Shown one piece after another: positions 38,600 to 52,075 of a DNA stretch of 64,000 nt. The stretch comes from Octopus vulgaris (taxonomy: Eukaryota). The position numbers and the translations under genes were made by a program. The first letter of the stretch is position 1. Each line of letters starts with the position of its first letter. The stretch covers positions 32,426,001 to 32,490,000 of the forward strand of contig OX597829.1 in NCBI GenBank assembly GCA_951406725.2, read 5' to 3'. The notes under the pieces were generated by a model, which was not told where the DNA came from, did no database searches, and saw nothing but the letters and a program-made list of their open reading frames with translations.

Positions 38600-39860
38600 A
38601 AAAGCCCTGATGAAGTACCAGGCAGTGGCTCTGATGGCTTCTGATCTTAACGGAAGTTGGTTGATAATGGACATACATACTACAAGAATGGTGAAAATGG
38701 TGAACGTGATTATTGGAAGTGCGAAAAATATCCGAAAACAAGATGCCGTGCTCGCATAATTACTGTAAAGGATGAAATTGTGAAATTTTCCAACGACCAT
38801 AATCATATATTGAATGCGACTGAAATTGCAGCGAAAGAAGCTGTTTAAATAAATACATCAACTGGCTTAGTCAACACGAGATGCACCCCATTCAGTTGCA
38901 TCTAGTGTTCTCGATGATTGCCATCAAACTGTTGCCCCCAAACTACCAAAAATGCAAAGTATTAAGAGAACAATAAGATCTATAAGGCAACAAACCCTTA
39001 CTGGACCGGCCCTACCATCAACTTGCCGTGAAATAGTTTTCCCACCTCAACTTGCTAAATCTTTTAAAGATAAGATGATCAATATATGCTTTATAATTCA
39101 AGACCTGTTGAAAAGCGTATTGTGATATTTGCGATAAGGCGTAATTTACAGTGTTTATCAGTAAGCAGTCACTGGTATACAGACGGCACATTTAAAACAG
39201 TCTCTTTGTTATTTCACCGGTTATATACCCTACATGGATTAAAAGAGGCCCACCTCTCTTTTCACTAAGTATGTGGAATATGTATTTAAGAGTTCTTAAT
39301 GATTTGCCCAAAACAAATAACTCTGTCGAAGGAGGCATCGAGCATTCAAAACCCAAGTTGGGGCTTATCACCCCAACATCGGGAAATTTGCCAACTTTTT
39401 ACAAAAAGAACAAAGTCTAAGCGAGATTTGGATTGAGCAGTATATTGCTAGAATGGAACCAAAACCTCCAAAGAAGCGCTGTCGAGATACTGCAAAATGA
39501 ATAAAAAATCTTGTTCAAAATTTTGATCCACAACATATTATTGATTACGTTCGTGGTATAACACACAACCTTTCCTCTTAAGATTTAATAAGTCCTTTCA
39601 GTAAAAGATATTTTTTTCTTAATGCATTTCGAATTAAAATGATCCTAATGTTTTTATAAATAGTTAACAGCTAGTTATAAACCCAAAGAATTATAAATTA
39701 TGAATAAAAAATACGAATTCATCAAAAAGAAACAATTTTTACTTTTTAGTCAGATTGTATTTTAGACGAATTGTTTCTAGATTAATACTGTTTTAGACAA
39801 ATCGCATTTAAATCAATTGCATTTTAGACGAATTGTTTTAGACAAACTCCCCTAGACCCC
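38600..39860 (+). mobile_element. MULE (Mutator-like) transposon remnant with FLYWCH domain
   Basis: GHTYYKN...YWKC...CRARI...HNH (FLYWCH), WYTDGTFKTV..LF..LYTLHG, TNNSVEG; subterminal repeats TTTTAGACGAATTG and a TIR-like end at 39860. Confidence 0.85.
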
Positions 39861-39861
39861 A

Positions 39862-40228
39862 AAATCAGCACTCCTGCTTACTAGTATGAACATCAGCCTG
39901 AGCCAGTCGTTGAAGGTAAAAATGTCACTATCTTCTGGGATTTTCCAGTCAACACCAACGGATCGATCCAGGCTAATCGACCAGACAGAGTCATTAAAGA
40001 TAGAGAAGAAAATACTTATAGACTAGCAGATGTAAATAAATATAAGGACCTGGAACTTGAAATACAAAAGATGTGGCATCTCAAAGCGAGAACTGTTCCT
40101 GTTATTGTAGGTGCCCTTGGTATGATAAGAAAGGGATATCAGAAACATCTAGATAATATTCCAGAAGAACCATGTCTCAGAGAAAGGCAAAAGATTGTGC
40201 TGACAAGTACTGCCCATATCTTTTAAAT
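39862..40228 (+). mobile_element. R4/Dong-type non-LTR retrotransposon, restriction-like endonuclease fragment
   Basis: YEHQPEPVVE...TIFWDFPV...IQANRPD.VIKD...KYKDLELEIQKMWHLK...VPVIVGALG. Confidence 0.85.
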
Positions 40229-40336
40229 TAGTGGAACGCGCCACACAACCCAGTGAAAGAGCTTGTAATATATTTCTTTATTACCCACAAGGGGCTAAAC
40301 ATAGAGGGGACAAACAAGGACAAAGTATTAAGTCTT

Positions 40337-40430
<94 letters not shown>

Positions 40431-41178
40431 AGAGAGATTTGGTTTCGCTTTCTCGCAGATCGAGCTACCACGTTGAGGCATGATATATCTCGTTTGATAA
40501 TAGCAGACAAATAGATCTGATTGGTTCACTTTTAGTGACCCTTTTAATGATCCCATAGGAACTCAGGCAGTAGATCAGCCAGTCTGTATCTAGTTTTAGT
40601 GCGCTAATAATAGTAAAACAGTGAATCATATAGTATGGAGCTGGCTTTAGTGAACTAAAAGACGTGAATTACTGAACAACACAGTTTGGAGCCGTCTTTA
40701 GATCTTCGCGACGTCAGTTTGGAGACAGTTAAGAGAGTCATTTATTAAATGTATATTGTATATAAAGTGTAGTCTTTCCTGACCGCATTCCAGAGAAGAA
40801 AATGCTTCATCTTTCAACTTTCAGATGCTTCGCATATTGGTGCTCGTGTTTGCGTACATATGGTACATACCAACATACCAACATACATACATACATACAT
40901 ACATACATACATACATACATACATACATACATACATACATACATACACACACACATACATACATACATACACACATACATACATACACACATACATACAT
41001 ACATACACACACACATACATGCACACATACATACATACATACATACATACATACATACACACATACATGCATACATACATACATACATACATACATACAT
41101 ACATACATACATACATACATACACACACACATACATACATACATACATACATACATACACACACACATACATACATAC

Positions 41179-41213
<35 letters not shown>

Positions 41214-41299
41214 TACACACATACATACACGCATACATACATACATACACTCACACGCATGTGGAAATATGCATACATATGTGTGAACATATGTATGCA

Positions 41300-41363
<64 letters not shown>

Positions 41364-41956
41364 GCCTGCCTGTCTGCCTGTCTGCCTGTCTGTATGTATT
41401 TATGTATGCATGTATTTATGTATGTATGTATGCATGTATGTGTGTGTGTATGTATGTATGCATGTATGTATGTATGTATGTATGTATTTATGTATGTATG
41501 TAAGTATGCATGCATGCAGACTCAAAGATTAACCTTCTTAACACAAGCCTTAATCTAGCACTACGCACCACCATCTTCACGATCACTACCACGACGACCA
41601 CTAATCAACACTACAACCACAACTCCAAACACGGTCCCCATGACTACCGCCAACATTACGACCACAGTTACCACCACCACCACCACCACCACCACCACTA
41701 CCACCACCACCACCGCAACCACAAACAGCAACAACAACTCGTCAACACAACCAGCATTACTCTACAGTCAACACCCCATACAGAAATATCCTCACACGTC
41801 ACACACAGGCAACGCCATTTTCGTCTTTATCAAAACTATCGCCAGTTCGATCACTCTCACCAACACCATCATAACCAACAACAACAACAACAACAACAAC
41901 GACACTCTCACCGTCACTAACACTAACTCTACCTTACTTACTATCTTCACCGGCAT

Positions 41957-42189
41957 AGGCGGCGTGCTGGCAGAAACGTTAGCACGCCGGGCGAAATGCG
42001 TAGCCGTATTTCGCCTGTCGTTACGTTCTGAGTTCAAATTCCGCCGAGGTCGACTTTGCCTTTCATCCTTTCGAGGGTCGATAAATTAAGTACCAGTTAC
42101 ACACTGGGGTCGATGTAATCGATTTAATCCGTTCGTCTGTCCTTGTTTGTCCCCTCTGTGTTTAGCCCCTTGTGGGTAGTAAAGAAATA
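41957..42189 (+). mobile_element. Intact Nin/Deu-domain tRNA-derived SINE with 15-bp TSD
   Basis: A box (TGGCAGAAACG), B box GAGTTCAAATTCC, Nin core GCCTTTCATCCTTTCGAGGGTCGATAAA; TSD TATCTTCACCGGCAT at 41942-41956 and 42190-42204; CpGs retained. Confidence 0.92.
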
Positions 42190-42662
42190 TATCTTCACCG
42201 GCATCACTTTCTCTTTAGCACCTCCGAAAGCCCACACACATCCGTCATCACCATCCTCCTCATATTCTCTACATATGTAATCATTGTTTTTGCATCTGCT
42301 CTATCACTGCCTTCAACAGGGGCCAGATGGACCTCTCCCACCTCTCTCACACAGACATGAATAATATATTCAATCTTACACATGCAACTTCCTCGCCCCC
42401 GTCATTTCTTTTACTTCTTTTTTTAAATTTTTTTTTTTTTTTATCTAGAACAATTTGCAGAGCCTATCTTATCATTTTTAGATATCCTCTTAAGTCCATC
42501 TTATCACAATGATACACTCTGAATGCTTGACTGAACTATTTTTGGTAAAAGCTGTTTACGTGAACAAATCCGAAACGGGTCTGGCAGTGATAACGCCGCC
42601 CTCCCGAAAATCTATCTTACTATCTTGTAATCTTCCAGTAGCGATATCTTAAACCATATTAC

Positions 42663-42790
<128 letters not shown>

Positions 42791-43139
42791 TGTGCGCGTG
42801 TATGAGCACACACACACATATATATTAGTCAATGTATGTATGTACGTATGAGTAAATGTATATATGTTTTGGAAATATGTCATTTTATATCTCCTAGACA
42901 GTGTGATAAGCAAATTCAACGTAAATCCCGGCCATATTTAACACGCATGAGGTTTATTTTATCTTCATTTTATTTTTGTCTTGTTCGTTATAATCAAGTT
43001 AAAAACGTCCTCTGAACCAAGTTCAAAGGGGAGGAGTCCTAGAACTTTAATATGTTACCTTGAAAGTAGTGCTATAACTGTTTGATTAACTTGGAATTCG
43101 GAGTCGTCTCCCTTGCTGTATTAACCAGAATTACAGCAC

Positions 43140-43194
<55 letters not shown>

Positions 43195-43444
43195 TACATA
43201 CATACATACATACATACATACATACATGCATACATACATATATATAAATACATATACATATATACATACATACATATACATACATACATATACATATATA
43301 CATACATACACACACACACACACACCCACATACATACATACATACATACATACATACATACATACATACATACATACATACATACATACATACATACATA
43401 AATACACAATGATAACATATAGTAATTAGATAAAGATAGTTATG

Positions 43445-43955
43445 GCCGGTCTATGGGGTTACCCAGGGTTTCACACCCATAAAGGGCTTAGCTTTAAAGC
43501 GTCTCTTCAGACTCTAATGGCCGGTGGCCTATAATCTTCAAAATGAAGAGGAAAATGACCTCGTGGCTTGTTGTTTATACACGGACGAAGGAGAAGGGTT
43601 AAGTGCAAGGGATTGTCTTCTTTAGACCACTACATGTAATTGAACCGGTCCGCTTGCGGGTCCCAGGACTTCAGTAATCTCCTGAAGTGTAAGCGGGGTC
43701 CGAAGACTTCCGTCCTGGAATTTAAGATGTTCCCCGGGTCAAGGGAGTTCTTTAATATTCGCGCCCGTTCAGCTAAGCGCAGCTTGCTCCTGTTTCTAGG
43801 ATCTTCCATAAGATTACATGTGGAGTCCCTTCGTTCTTCGGGCGTCACATATGGCTTAACAAAGCCGTGGCGCATCGTCTCTCCGGGATCCTAAACGAGG
43901 ATACACCACTTCCTTGACCAGTCATGTGTGGCACCTGAAGGATGAAGGGACATCG
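43445..43955 (-). mobile_element. Penelope-like element 3' end (GIY-YIG C-terminus + hammerhead) with an inverted piece
   Basis: Minus: CNL...LAERARIL...NILNSRTEVFG..H, then CTGAAGA...GAAACCCTGGGTA; adjacent plus-strand TTSLTSHVWHLKDEG belongs to the same domain but is inverted. Confidence 0.7.
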
Positions 43956-43959
43956 ATCT

Positions 43960-44108
43960 CAGAGTTCAACTGGTACTTATTTTATCGATTCCGAAAGGAT
44001 AAAAGGCAAAGTGGACCTCGGCGGAATTTGAACTCAGGACGTAAAGATAGACGAAATGTCGCTAAGCATTTTACCCGGTGTGCTAACGACTCTGCCAGTT
44101 CGCCACTT
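43960..44108 (-). mobile_element. Nin/Deu-domain SINE, 5' part
   Basis: Reverse copy of the 41957 family. Confidence 0.8.
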
Positions 44109-44384
44109 TACAGTATGAAGTATATTAGTGCGCGCACAGACTCGCTCATGTATACACGCATGCACATATACATCACATACACATATACATATATAACGTA
44201 GATTTCCTGCTCCCTACATTCCAACAATTTAAAAATTATTTTAAATTTAGATGTTGTTTCTCCTGCCATTTTCTTCTTACTAGAACTAGTCATTTAGATG
44301 ACTATTCATGTAGTTTACCAGTTTGTTTATGTACGCATGTATGTTAAGTATACAGATATGTGCATATACGTCTGTGTGTCTCTC

Positions 44385-44426
<42 letters not shown>

Positions 44427-44454
44427 TCTCCTTTCTGTGTTTTTTCTCTGTGTA

Positions 44455-44493
44455 TCTTTCTGTTGAAGAGCGTAGGCTCGAAACGTTAAAGAC
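44455..44493 (+). ncRNA. Minimal hammerhead-like motif
   Basis: TCTTT-CTGTTGA-A-GAGC(GTAG)GCTC-GAAA-CGTT-AAAGA; the core A is substituted. Confidence 0.5.
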
Positions 44494-44664
44494 TTGTTTT
44501 ATTTATATTTCCTGAGCGCCATACTAATACAGTTGTTTTTTTGTATTCCACCTGCCTTCGTCTTTGTTTATTTCCGTAAACCTGCCTTCGTCTTTTGTCT
44601 ATTTTCATAAAGCTTCCCGTTATATATATATCTGTGTTGTCTGTCTGTCTGTAAGTATGTAAGT

Positions 44665-44884
44665 ATGCATGTATAACGTAAAATTATAAACGGTTAAAAA
44701 ACCCTACAGTACGAGGGATTCGGTATTAGCTTAACGCTTCAGACGATCATTTAAAATTAGTATGAAATGTCATGTTTAGGGCATCAGAACCTCTTCAGAA
44801 AGAAAACGAGATGATGGAGAAACTGGAAGTGTGTGAGGGAGGGACCGAGAGAGAGATAGAGAGAGAGAGGGAGAGATAGAGATA

Positions 44885-44951
<67 letters not shown>

Positions 44952-45588
44952 TAAAGCAAGCTCTGACAGATGCAGTGAACCAAAAAGTTTTTATGATATA
45001 GATCACATCTATGTTGAGAAGAAACAAATTATCCGAATGACTAGATTCAAGTGAAGAATGACAAAGGGAGACAATCTCAATATAGATTAATTAAAAAATT
45101 AAAAACACTATGCAGTAGACAGTAAATGGCAATAGACTGACAAACCCATCATATTACAGCTTTTTTTTTCTGTTCTGTTCGTCTTGGTAATTGTTTCTTA
45201 CCTTGTGGTTTTTAAACACGAAGAAGGTTTGCACAAAAACGAACAGCAAGTGCATAACGTAAACAAGAGGGAATATCGGGCTCTCGCAGGTGGCAGTTGC
45301 CTCGGTCTCAAAGTAAGTTGCAATATGGAAACCGTCTAGGGCGACACTTCCAAGACTGAATGCTGCAAAAGAAAGAGAAGAAAAAGAAATAATCAAATAA
45401 AGGAAAATTATAAATATTGTTTCTTTATTACCCACAAAGGGGCTAAACATACTGATGTCCTAAACATGACGTTTCATACTAATTTTAAATGATCGTCTGA
45501 AGCGTTAAGCTAATACCACATCCCTCGTACTGTTTACATCTTCTGTAGGGTTTTTCAACCGTTTATAATTTTTACGTTATACATGCAT
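44665..45588. repeat. Inverted repeat pair (44665-44787 / 45452-45588) flanking an otopetrin exon
   Basis: About 123 aligned bp with a handful of mismatches and one 13-bp indel. Confidence 0.92.
45202..45362 (-). CDS. OTOP: Otopetrin coding exon (TM3-TM4)
   Basis: Acceptor ttcttttgcag|CA TTC (phase 1, matches the previous donor); AFSLGSVALDGFHIA...CESPIFP...HLLFVFVQTFFVFKNHK; donor AAG|gtaaga (phase 0); 161 nt. Confidence 0.92.
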
Positions 45589-45614
45589 CATCACCATCAC
45601 CATCACCATCACCA

Positions 45615-45655
<41 letters not shown>

Positions 45656-45659
<4 letters not shown>

Positions 45660-46830
45660 CAAATGATAACTGTTCGGAAGGAGCGGTGAGCCAGGTCGCA
45701 GGATGGATTTCACGTCCTATTTCGACAGACTACCGCGGCTCTCGGCAACGGAGGCGGAGCGCTGCAAAAGGCCGATAGCACCCTTTGAAATACGGGAAGC
45801 AATGGCTAGCTGCACGAGGGATAAATCGTCTGATTTGGATGGTCTGCCCAGCAAGCTTTACGCAGACATGCCAGACATGTTCGGTGACCTCTTAGCAAAC
45901 GTTTACTGCAACTGGCAACAGAATAGGAGAATTCCCGGTTTTGTGAGCCGAGGAGCTGTGGCATTGTTGAGAAAAGACCCGAGCAAGTGGGATTGTATTG
46001 ACAACTGAAGGCCCATAACTCTGGTGTAGTTGCCGTTCACCAGACACGTATTTCCGCAGCTAGTTTCTTTAACGGAGCTGCAGTTCTGAGTAAAACAGAG
46101 ACCGAGGGGGCAGCATTTGGAAAGTGGAGTGTCTTCAAACGCTCACAATCCTCAGCCAATAGGACAGTGCAATAGGTGGAACGTTCACTTTAGTCTTTTA
46201 TAGAGGATTAGTGGAGGAAAAGTGCGACGATGTTCTTGAGGAAACCTTGGGCGTCCATCATGAAGATTGTCCTTTAACCGGGAAGGAAAGGTTGAGTTTA
46301 TATGCCTGGTGACCGTGGCAAAAGAGGATGTATGGGGTGGACGAGATTGAAGGGGCTGAGGACAAACGCTTTTCTCTTTGGTTAATCCCTGATCAACTTC
46401 TCCAAGTTTCACTTGAAAAGGAAAATAAGGGCAGAGAGGAAAGTGTTGTCTTCTTGCAAGTTTGCCGAAAGGTGGATGAAAGTGGTGAGAATGGTGCAGG
46501 TGAACGGGTCTACCCTCAGCGTACACCTTTAGTTGAAAAAAAAAACGGAAAGAAAAAAAGGCACCTGACCCAAAAGTCAGGGTATCTATGGTTTTTATGA
46601 GGTTTTTCCATGAGCAGCTCTCGAACGTCTCCTCCCAACTGAGGATTACATGTGGTTGATTTTTTTCTTTCTTTCTTTTTTTATAATGTTGTTAGTCTTG
46701 TTTACACACAAAACTCTCACATCACTCACTCACACACATACACACACATTCTTTGTTCTGTGCTGTACAGTCCATAATGTTTTTTTCTTAATGTAAACCT
46801 TTGTGATTAATAAAGAAATAATAATAATTA
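45656..46830 (+). mobile_element. L1/Tx1-clade LINE remnant (RT N-terminus, deleted middle, 3' UTR)
   Basis: LPRLS..E...C..PI...EI..A......KS...DGLP..LY...RG...LL.K...N*RPITL; ends GTGATTAATAAAGAAATAATAA; sits in an (ATT)n tract. Confidence 0.8.
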
Positions 46831-47037
46831 TTATTATCATCCATTTTGTTTATCCATGTACAAGTACGTGTACATTCATTAATATTTTATTTATTTTATT
46901 CAATTCTGGAAAAACTGAAGCATGTCTTTAGCAAATCGACAGTGTATTGAACTTCTTTTGTGCATGACTTTTGGCCCATTCTGTGTGTGTGTGTATGTAT
47001 ATATATATGCATATACATATACACACATTCATACACA

Positions 47038-47069
<32 letters not shown>

Positions 47070-47472
47070 CGTGTGTGTATGTGAGTGTGTGTTTGTATTA
47101 TATGTGTGTGTGTGTGTGTGTATATGTATGTGCATGTATATGCATCCACACACAATCACCCGCGCACATATTGGTAGCCCTGTAAGTATCGAACACAAAG
47201 CAAATATCCATCAAGGGTAGAGTAGAATATATTAAGGTAATACATTACCATTGTTGGACTGGACTATAAATGTATTGCTAAGGGTTTCTTCATGTTTAAT
47301 GCAGACCTGCAACAAATTCAGATTTCAAATCCCGATACCCGACACCAGCATTGATCAAATCCAATGACACTGAATATTATCCAGTAACTCTTAGTGAATA
47401 AACATCAGAAACATACTTGAAGTATGTATGTTCTGGTCTCGAAATTTGAAATCTGGATTGGTTACAGGTTTG

Positions 47473-47586
<114 letters not shown>

Positions 47587-48998
47587 AATGCACACAACGA
47601 GCAATACAAGAAAGAAAATGGACTACATAGAAGGGAGAGCATTTAACAAAAACTGCATTAACTTAACGTTTAAATACAAGGTAGACTTAAGGTTTCAGAT
47701 GTCAATCCTTTGTAAAGTGGGAAGAATAGTCGGTAGTGAGTTATTGAAGTTGAAAAAGCTTCAAAAACTGTTACTCAGGGTTTCAAGTAACCAATCATCA
47801 GACAGGATTAGCTACGTGAAATTCATTTTGTGAAGTGTTCAACTTCAAAAAAAAAAAAAACGTGAAAAGCAGTATATTTTATTCCAACTGTGGTATTCGA
47901 GTACTATTTTCTCTATCTTGTTTCGCACCCATGTACCTGCTGCAAGCTTATAAGTTTGTGGGTGTGTTTCTGTATATATGTGTGTGTGAGTAAGTGTATG
48001 TGTGTATGTATGAATACGTCGTTATAACATTGGCCCTCAACTACTTGATGGAATCGTAGGGTTGCCGTGGTGATCTACAACATCATGGGTATTTTACCTC
48101 TGGAATAGCCTGACCCTATACAGAGCTGACCATATTTTATTGTTTTCCAGAAGGCGACTGATAGAAAGAATGAGTTAGAGAAAGTGGAGAATCGATCCCA
48201 AGAATGATGCTTTGCTTATTAACACCAAAAGTTTGAAAGGAAAAGATGACCTCGGCAAGATTCGAGTTCGGAGTTCAGAAACTACGGTAAAAAAATACTT
48301 GCTCAAGGTGACATGCATTGGAATCAAACTCGGGACTTAGTGACAGTGAAGGAGACTTCTTTACAAATTTGAGCAAGCTGCACAAAAGTTCCAGTTGAGT
48401 ACTTGGGTCGATGTAATCGACTTACTTCTGCCCCGTAATTGCTGGCCTTGTGCCAAAATTTGAAAACAATATTACGATTTATAATAGCAATTATGAGAAT
48501 GTGAATTGCAATATAATTTTTTCGGCATTTACATTAAGGTTTTACTTACCACATTTCAAAAAGTTACTTTTTGTTTAATGTTTAGTCTCGTATCGTCTAC
48601 AGTTACAAATCGTCTTTTTTCCTTATCAGCTTTTGTCTTATATCATCTTTAGTGTCATGTCCTTTGTCACATGTTTAGTTACAAGAAGAAGGAAGAAGAA
48701 GAGGGGCAAGAAGGGGAAGCAGAAGACGGAATGAGAAAAAGAAAGAATATCAACCACCACCACCACCACCGTTCTTGATAAAAAAAGAAAGAAAAAATTT
48801 TGGAACTGACCTTTCAAGTTTATTAAAATTTATTTTAAAATTTAAGCTAGGATGAACCTAGAATACATATATATAATTAGATTTAGATACAGACACACTA
48901 ACACGACATGTGAGATTTTCATATGTACGGACGCACATACACACACCCTCACTAACTCATTGATATACACATAGACGCACACATACACACAGACGCAT

Positions 48999-49038
<40 letters not shown>

Positions 49039-50847
49039 GTACTCGCAATTACTCACGTACACATAACGCATACATATCTACAAGTACGTCAAAAAGTTTG
49101 TCAGTGGTGTATGCCACATGTGAAATGTTTTGATCTTTCAGGTCAGAGGTCATGCCTGAAATTTTGCGATAAAATGAAAATCTTTTCACTATATTCTACA
49201 TTGATGAATGAGGTGGAGGGAGGCCAGTTGGTGGGATGATGGGATAGTACAGGGAACATGAGGGGCAGTAGAAGGTGGGGGAAGGTAAAACAAGGTAGGT
49301 AACTGATATATGGTTCAATCAGAGACGGTATGTTATGTAAATGTGTGAATGTTTATATGTTTATCTATATAGTGTATATATGTAGCATATGTATGTGTTG
49401 GAAATGTTTGTACAAAAATGTGTGTGCGAGTGCGGCTAAGTATGTGTATGCAGTTCAGTGATGTGTGTCTATGTGTGTGCGTGTGTATGGGTGTATGCAT
49501 GTGTGATGTGGTGGTGGTGGCGGCGGCGCGCGCGCGCACGCGCGTGTGTGTTTGCGTGCATGTGTGTGTACACGCGCGTGTGTATGTTTTCCTTTGCAAA
49601 ATATTTCTTTTTCTACGTAGTAATTTGAGGACACACAATTTCAGATTTTAGTAACATGAACCCACATCTTAGAATCCATCGCCAATTTCTGAGCACACAT
49701 TTTGTGGCTGAAGAGGTCTAAAAAAACTTGGCCATTTCTTTCCCCAGATAGCTTTAAATATCAGATCCAAACCAAAATGTTTAATTTATTTTATGCAAAA
49801 GTTTCGATCAACTGATCTTAATGGAGTTATTTCCCTTGCTTAAATATAAAAAAAAATTTCAAGTTGATCAGAAATGTTCAATTTACAATACATTGCATAT
49901 GTGAGACTCTACCGTGTAAGCACAAACTTCCTGCAAACCGCTCTCCGCCTTTTACAGCAATTTATTTTTATACTAACAGCCCTTTTGTCTACCAAAATAT
50001 CAAAAAAGTTCTAAACAGATACACATAATATATTTATTACGCACATACATATGCATGCGCAAGCATAGAAATGCACATGCAAAGAAGGTGATTTGCAATT
50101 CTATGGATGTTGACACCACATGCGCTGATGTAGATTTTAAATAATATTACAGAAAAATATTCTTAAAAAAATCATAACGGAAGAATTTCGAAGCAGTTAT
50201 GGTCTAATCTTATCCAGGAGATGAGTAAGGGGAGAAATTATTGTGCTGAGTTATGGGTCATTAACAATCTATATAATATGAGTGTGTTGTTTACTAATGT
50301 TTTCCTATTTCGTTTTGTTTTACGTTGTTTAGCAATGTCTCCTTATTGTAAGTGCATAGTGAACTCATGAAAAAGTGTTGTAGCTGTATAACCAAAGTAA
50401 CAGTTACGGTCACGAACACTTTATAACTTACAATTTTACAATCAAAACTACAAATCATGCTATATGCTTGTAGTTTGCTATTGACACGGCGGTTTTTGAT
50501 TCTAGTAAATTTGTAGCTTATTATTAATGTTAGTGCATGGTTTGGTGTAAAGGTAGGACTGTGAAAATCTAGAAACGTTGAGGATCGATTCAGGAACTTT
50601 ACTGTTAAAAACGAAGATATATAGAAAAACTTCAATAAAAAAGATAAAACTAGAATATAGTCATGTTTTCAATACTTGTTTATCCATCTATCCATCCACA
50701 TGTGTGTGTGTGTGTGTGTGTACACGCCTATAAATATGCACAATGTTTGTACAAACACGTAAGACCAGAAAAGTAAATATTTTGTCGAAAACACGTGCTG
50801 ATCATATACACATATGTATGTATGAATGTATGTGATACTGACACACA

Positions 50848-50897
<50 letters not shown>

Positions 50898-51734
50898 AGC
50901 AAATAAATAGATAAATTATATATAAAAAAAAAATAAGTGAAATTTAATGACTGCTCTAACAATTTTCGAACAGGAAACTTTCTAATTCAACTAATGTGTA
51001 CGTCCGCTTATAGTCTCTAGCTTCCTCAGAGTCAAGTATGTTGTGTGCTAGATTGCACTTTACACGTGCAGCTGGGATTTTGATGTTTTTATTTTTGTGA
51101 TGAACTGCATACATCCTCATTAACAAATATTGGTCCTGTCATGAAGGTGTGTGTGAATATATATATATACACACACACACATTCATACATACGTACATAT
51201 AGGTAGATAGATATATATATGCATGTATATATATTATATACATATCTATCTATCTCTTTCTCTCTCACACTCTATCTCTCGCCATATATATATATATATA
51301 TATATATAACCATCTTTATACACGTGCATACATACGTACACTCACATACGACTTCATTAGTTTTATACTATCCCTGGCAGCGAATACACTTCAGACCCTG
51401 ACCGAGACGAACAGGTGTCTTAAACCACCCTCAAAACAATGTCATTTCACATCCTTCATGCAATGGAAGCTCATAACAAATTTCTCTAGCGACTCTCAAG
51501 CACCTTTTCTGCAGATTAGCGACAAACAAACTTCACCTCCCACATACAGACGAAAATGCCCCACCTACTGAATGTTGGCTTTTATCCACCACCTGAAACT
51601 CTTACAAGATGACTAGCTGAAAATCAAAATATACCTTCATACATCAACACAGACTGCAATGATTCCCGCCTCCCAAACGTCAATCCATTTGGTCTCTTTG
51701 CCAAAAGGTTTTTTTTTTTGACAATTGTATAGAA

Positions 51735-51894
51735 CAGGCGTGGGTGTGTGGTAAGAAGCTTGTTTCCCGACCACATGGTTCCAGGTTTAGTCCCCACTGT
51801 GTGGAACCTTGGGCAAGTGTCTTCTATTATAGCCTCGGGCCGACCAAAGCCTTGTGAGTGGATTTGGTAGACGGAAACTGAAAGAAACTCGTCG

Positions 51895-51952
<58 letters not shown>

Positions 51953-52075
51953 TCCCCCTCCGCCATCGTTTGACAACTGATGCTTGGTATGTTTACGTCC
52001 CCGTAACTTAGCGGTTCGGCAAAAAAGAAAGATAGAATAAGTACTAGGCTTATAAAAGTCCTGGGATCGATTTGT
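51735..52075 (+). mobile_element. tRNA/CORE-type SINE
   Basis: Homologous to the 16267 family. Confidence 0.85.

Noticed and set aside
41510-42089. His/Gln/Thr-rich ORFs
   Set aside because: Trinucleotide (CAC/CAA) low-complexity DNA plus a SINE, antisense within an otopetrin intron.
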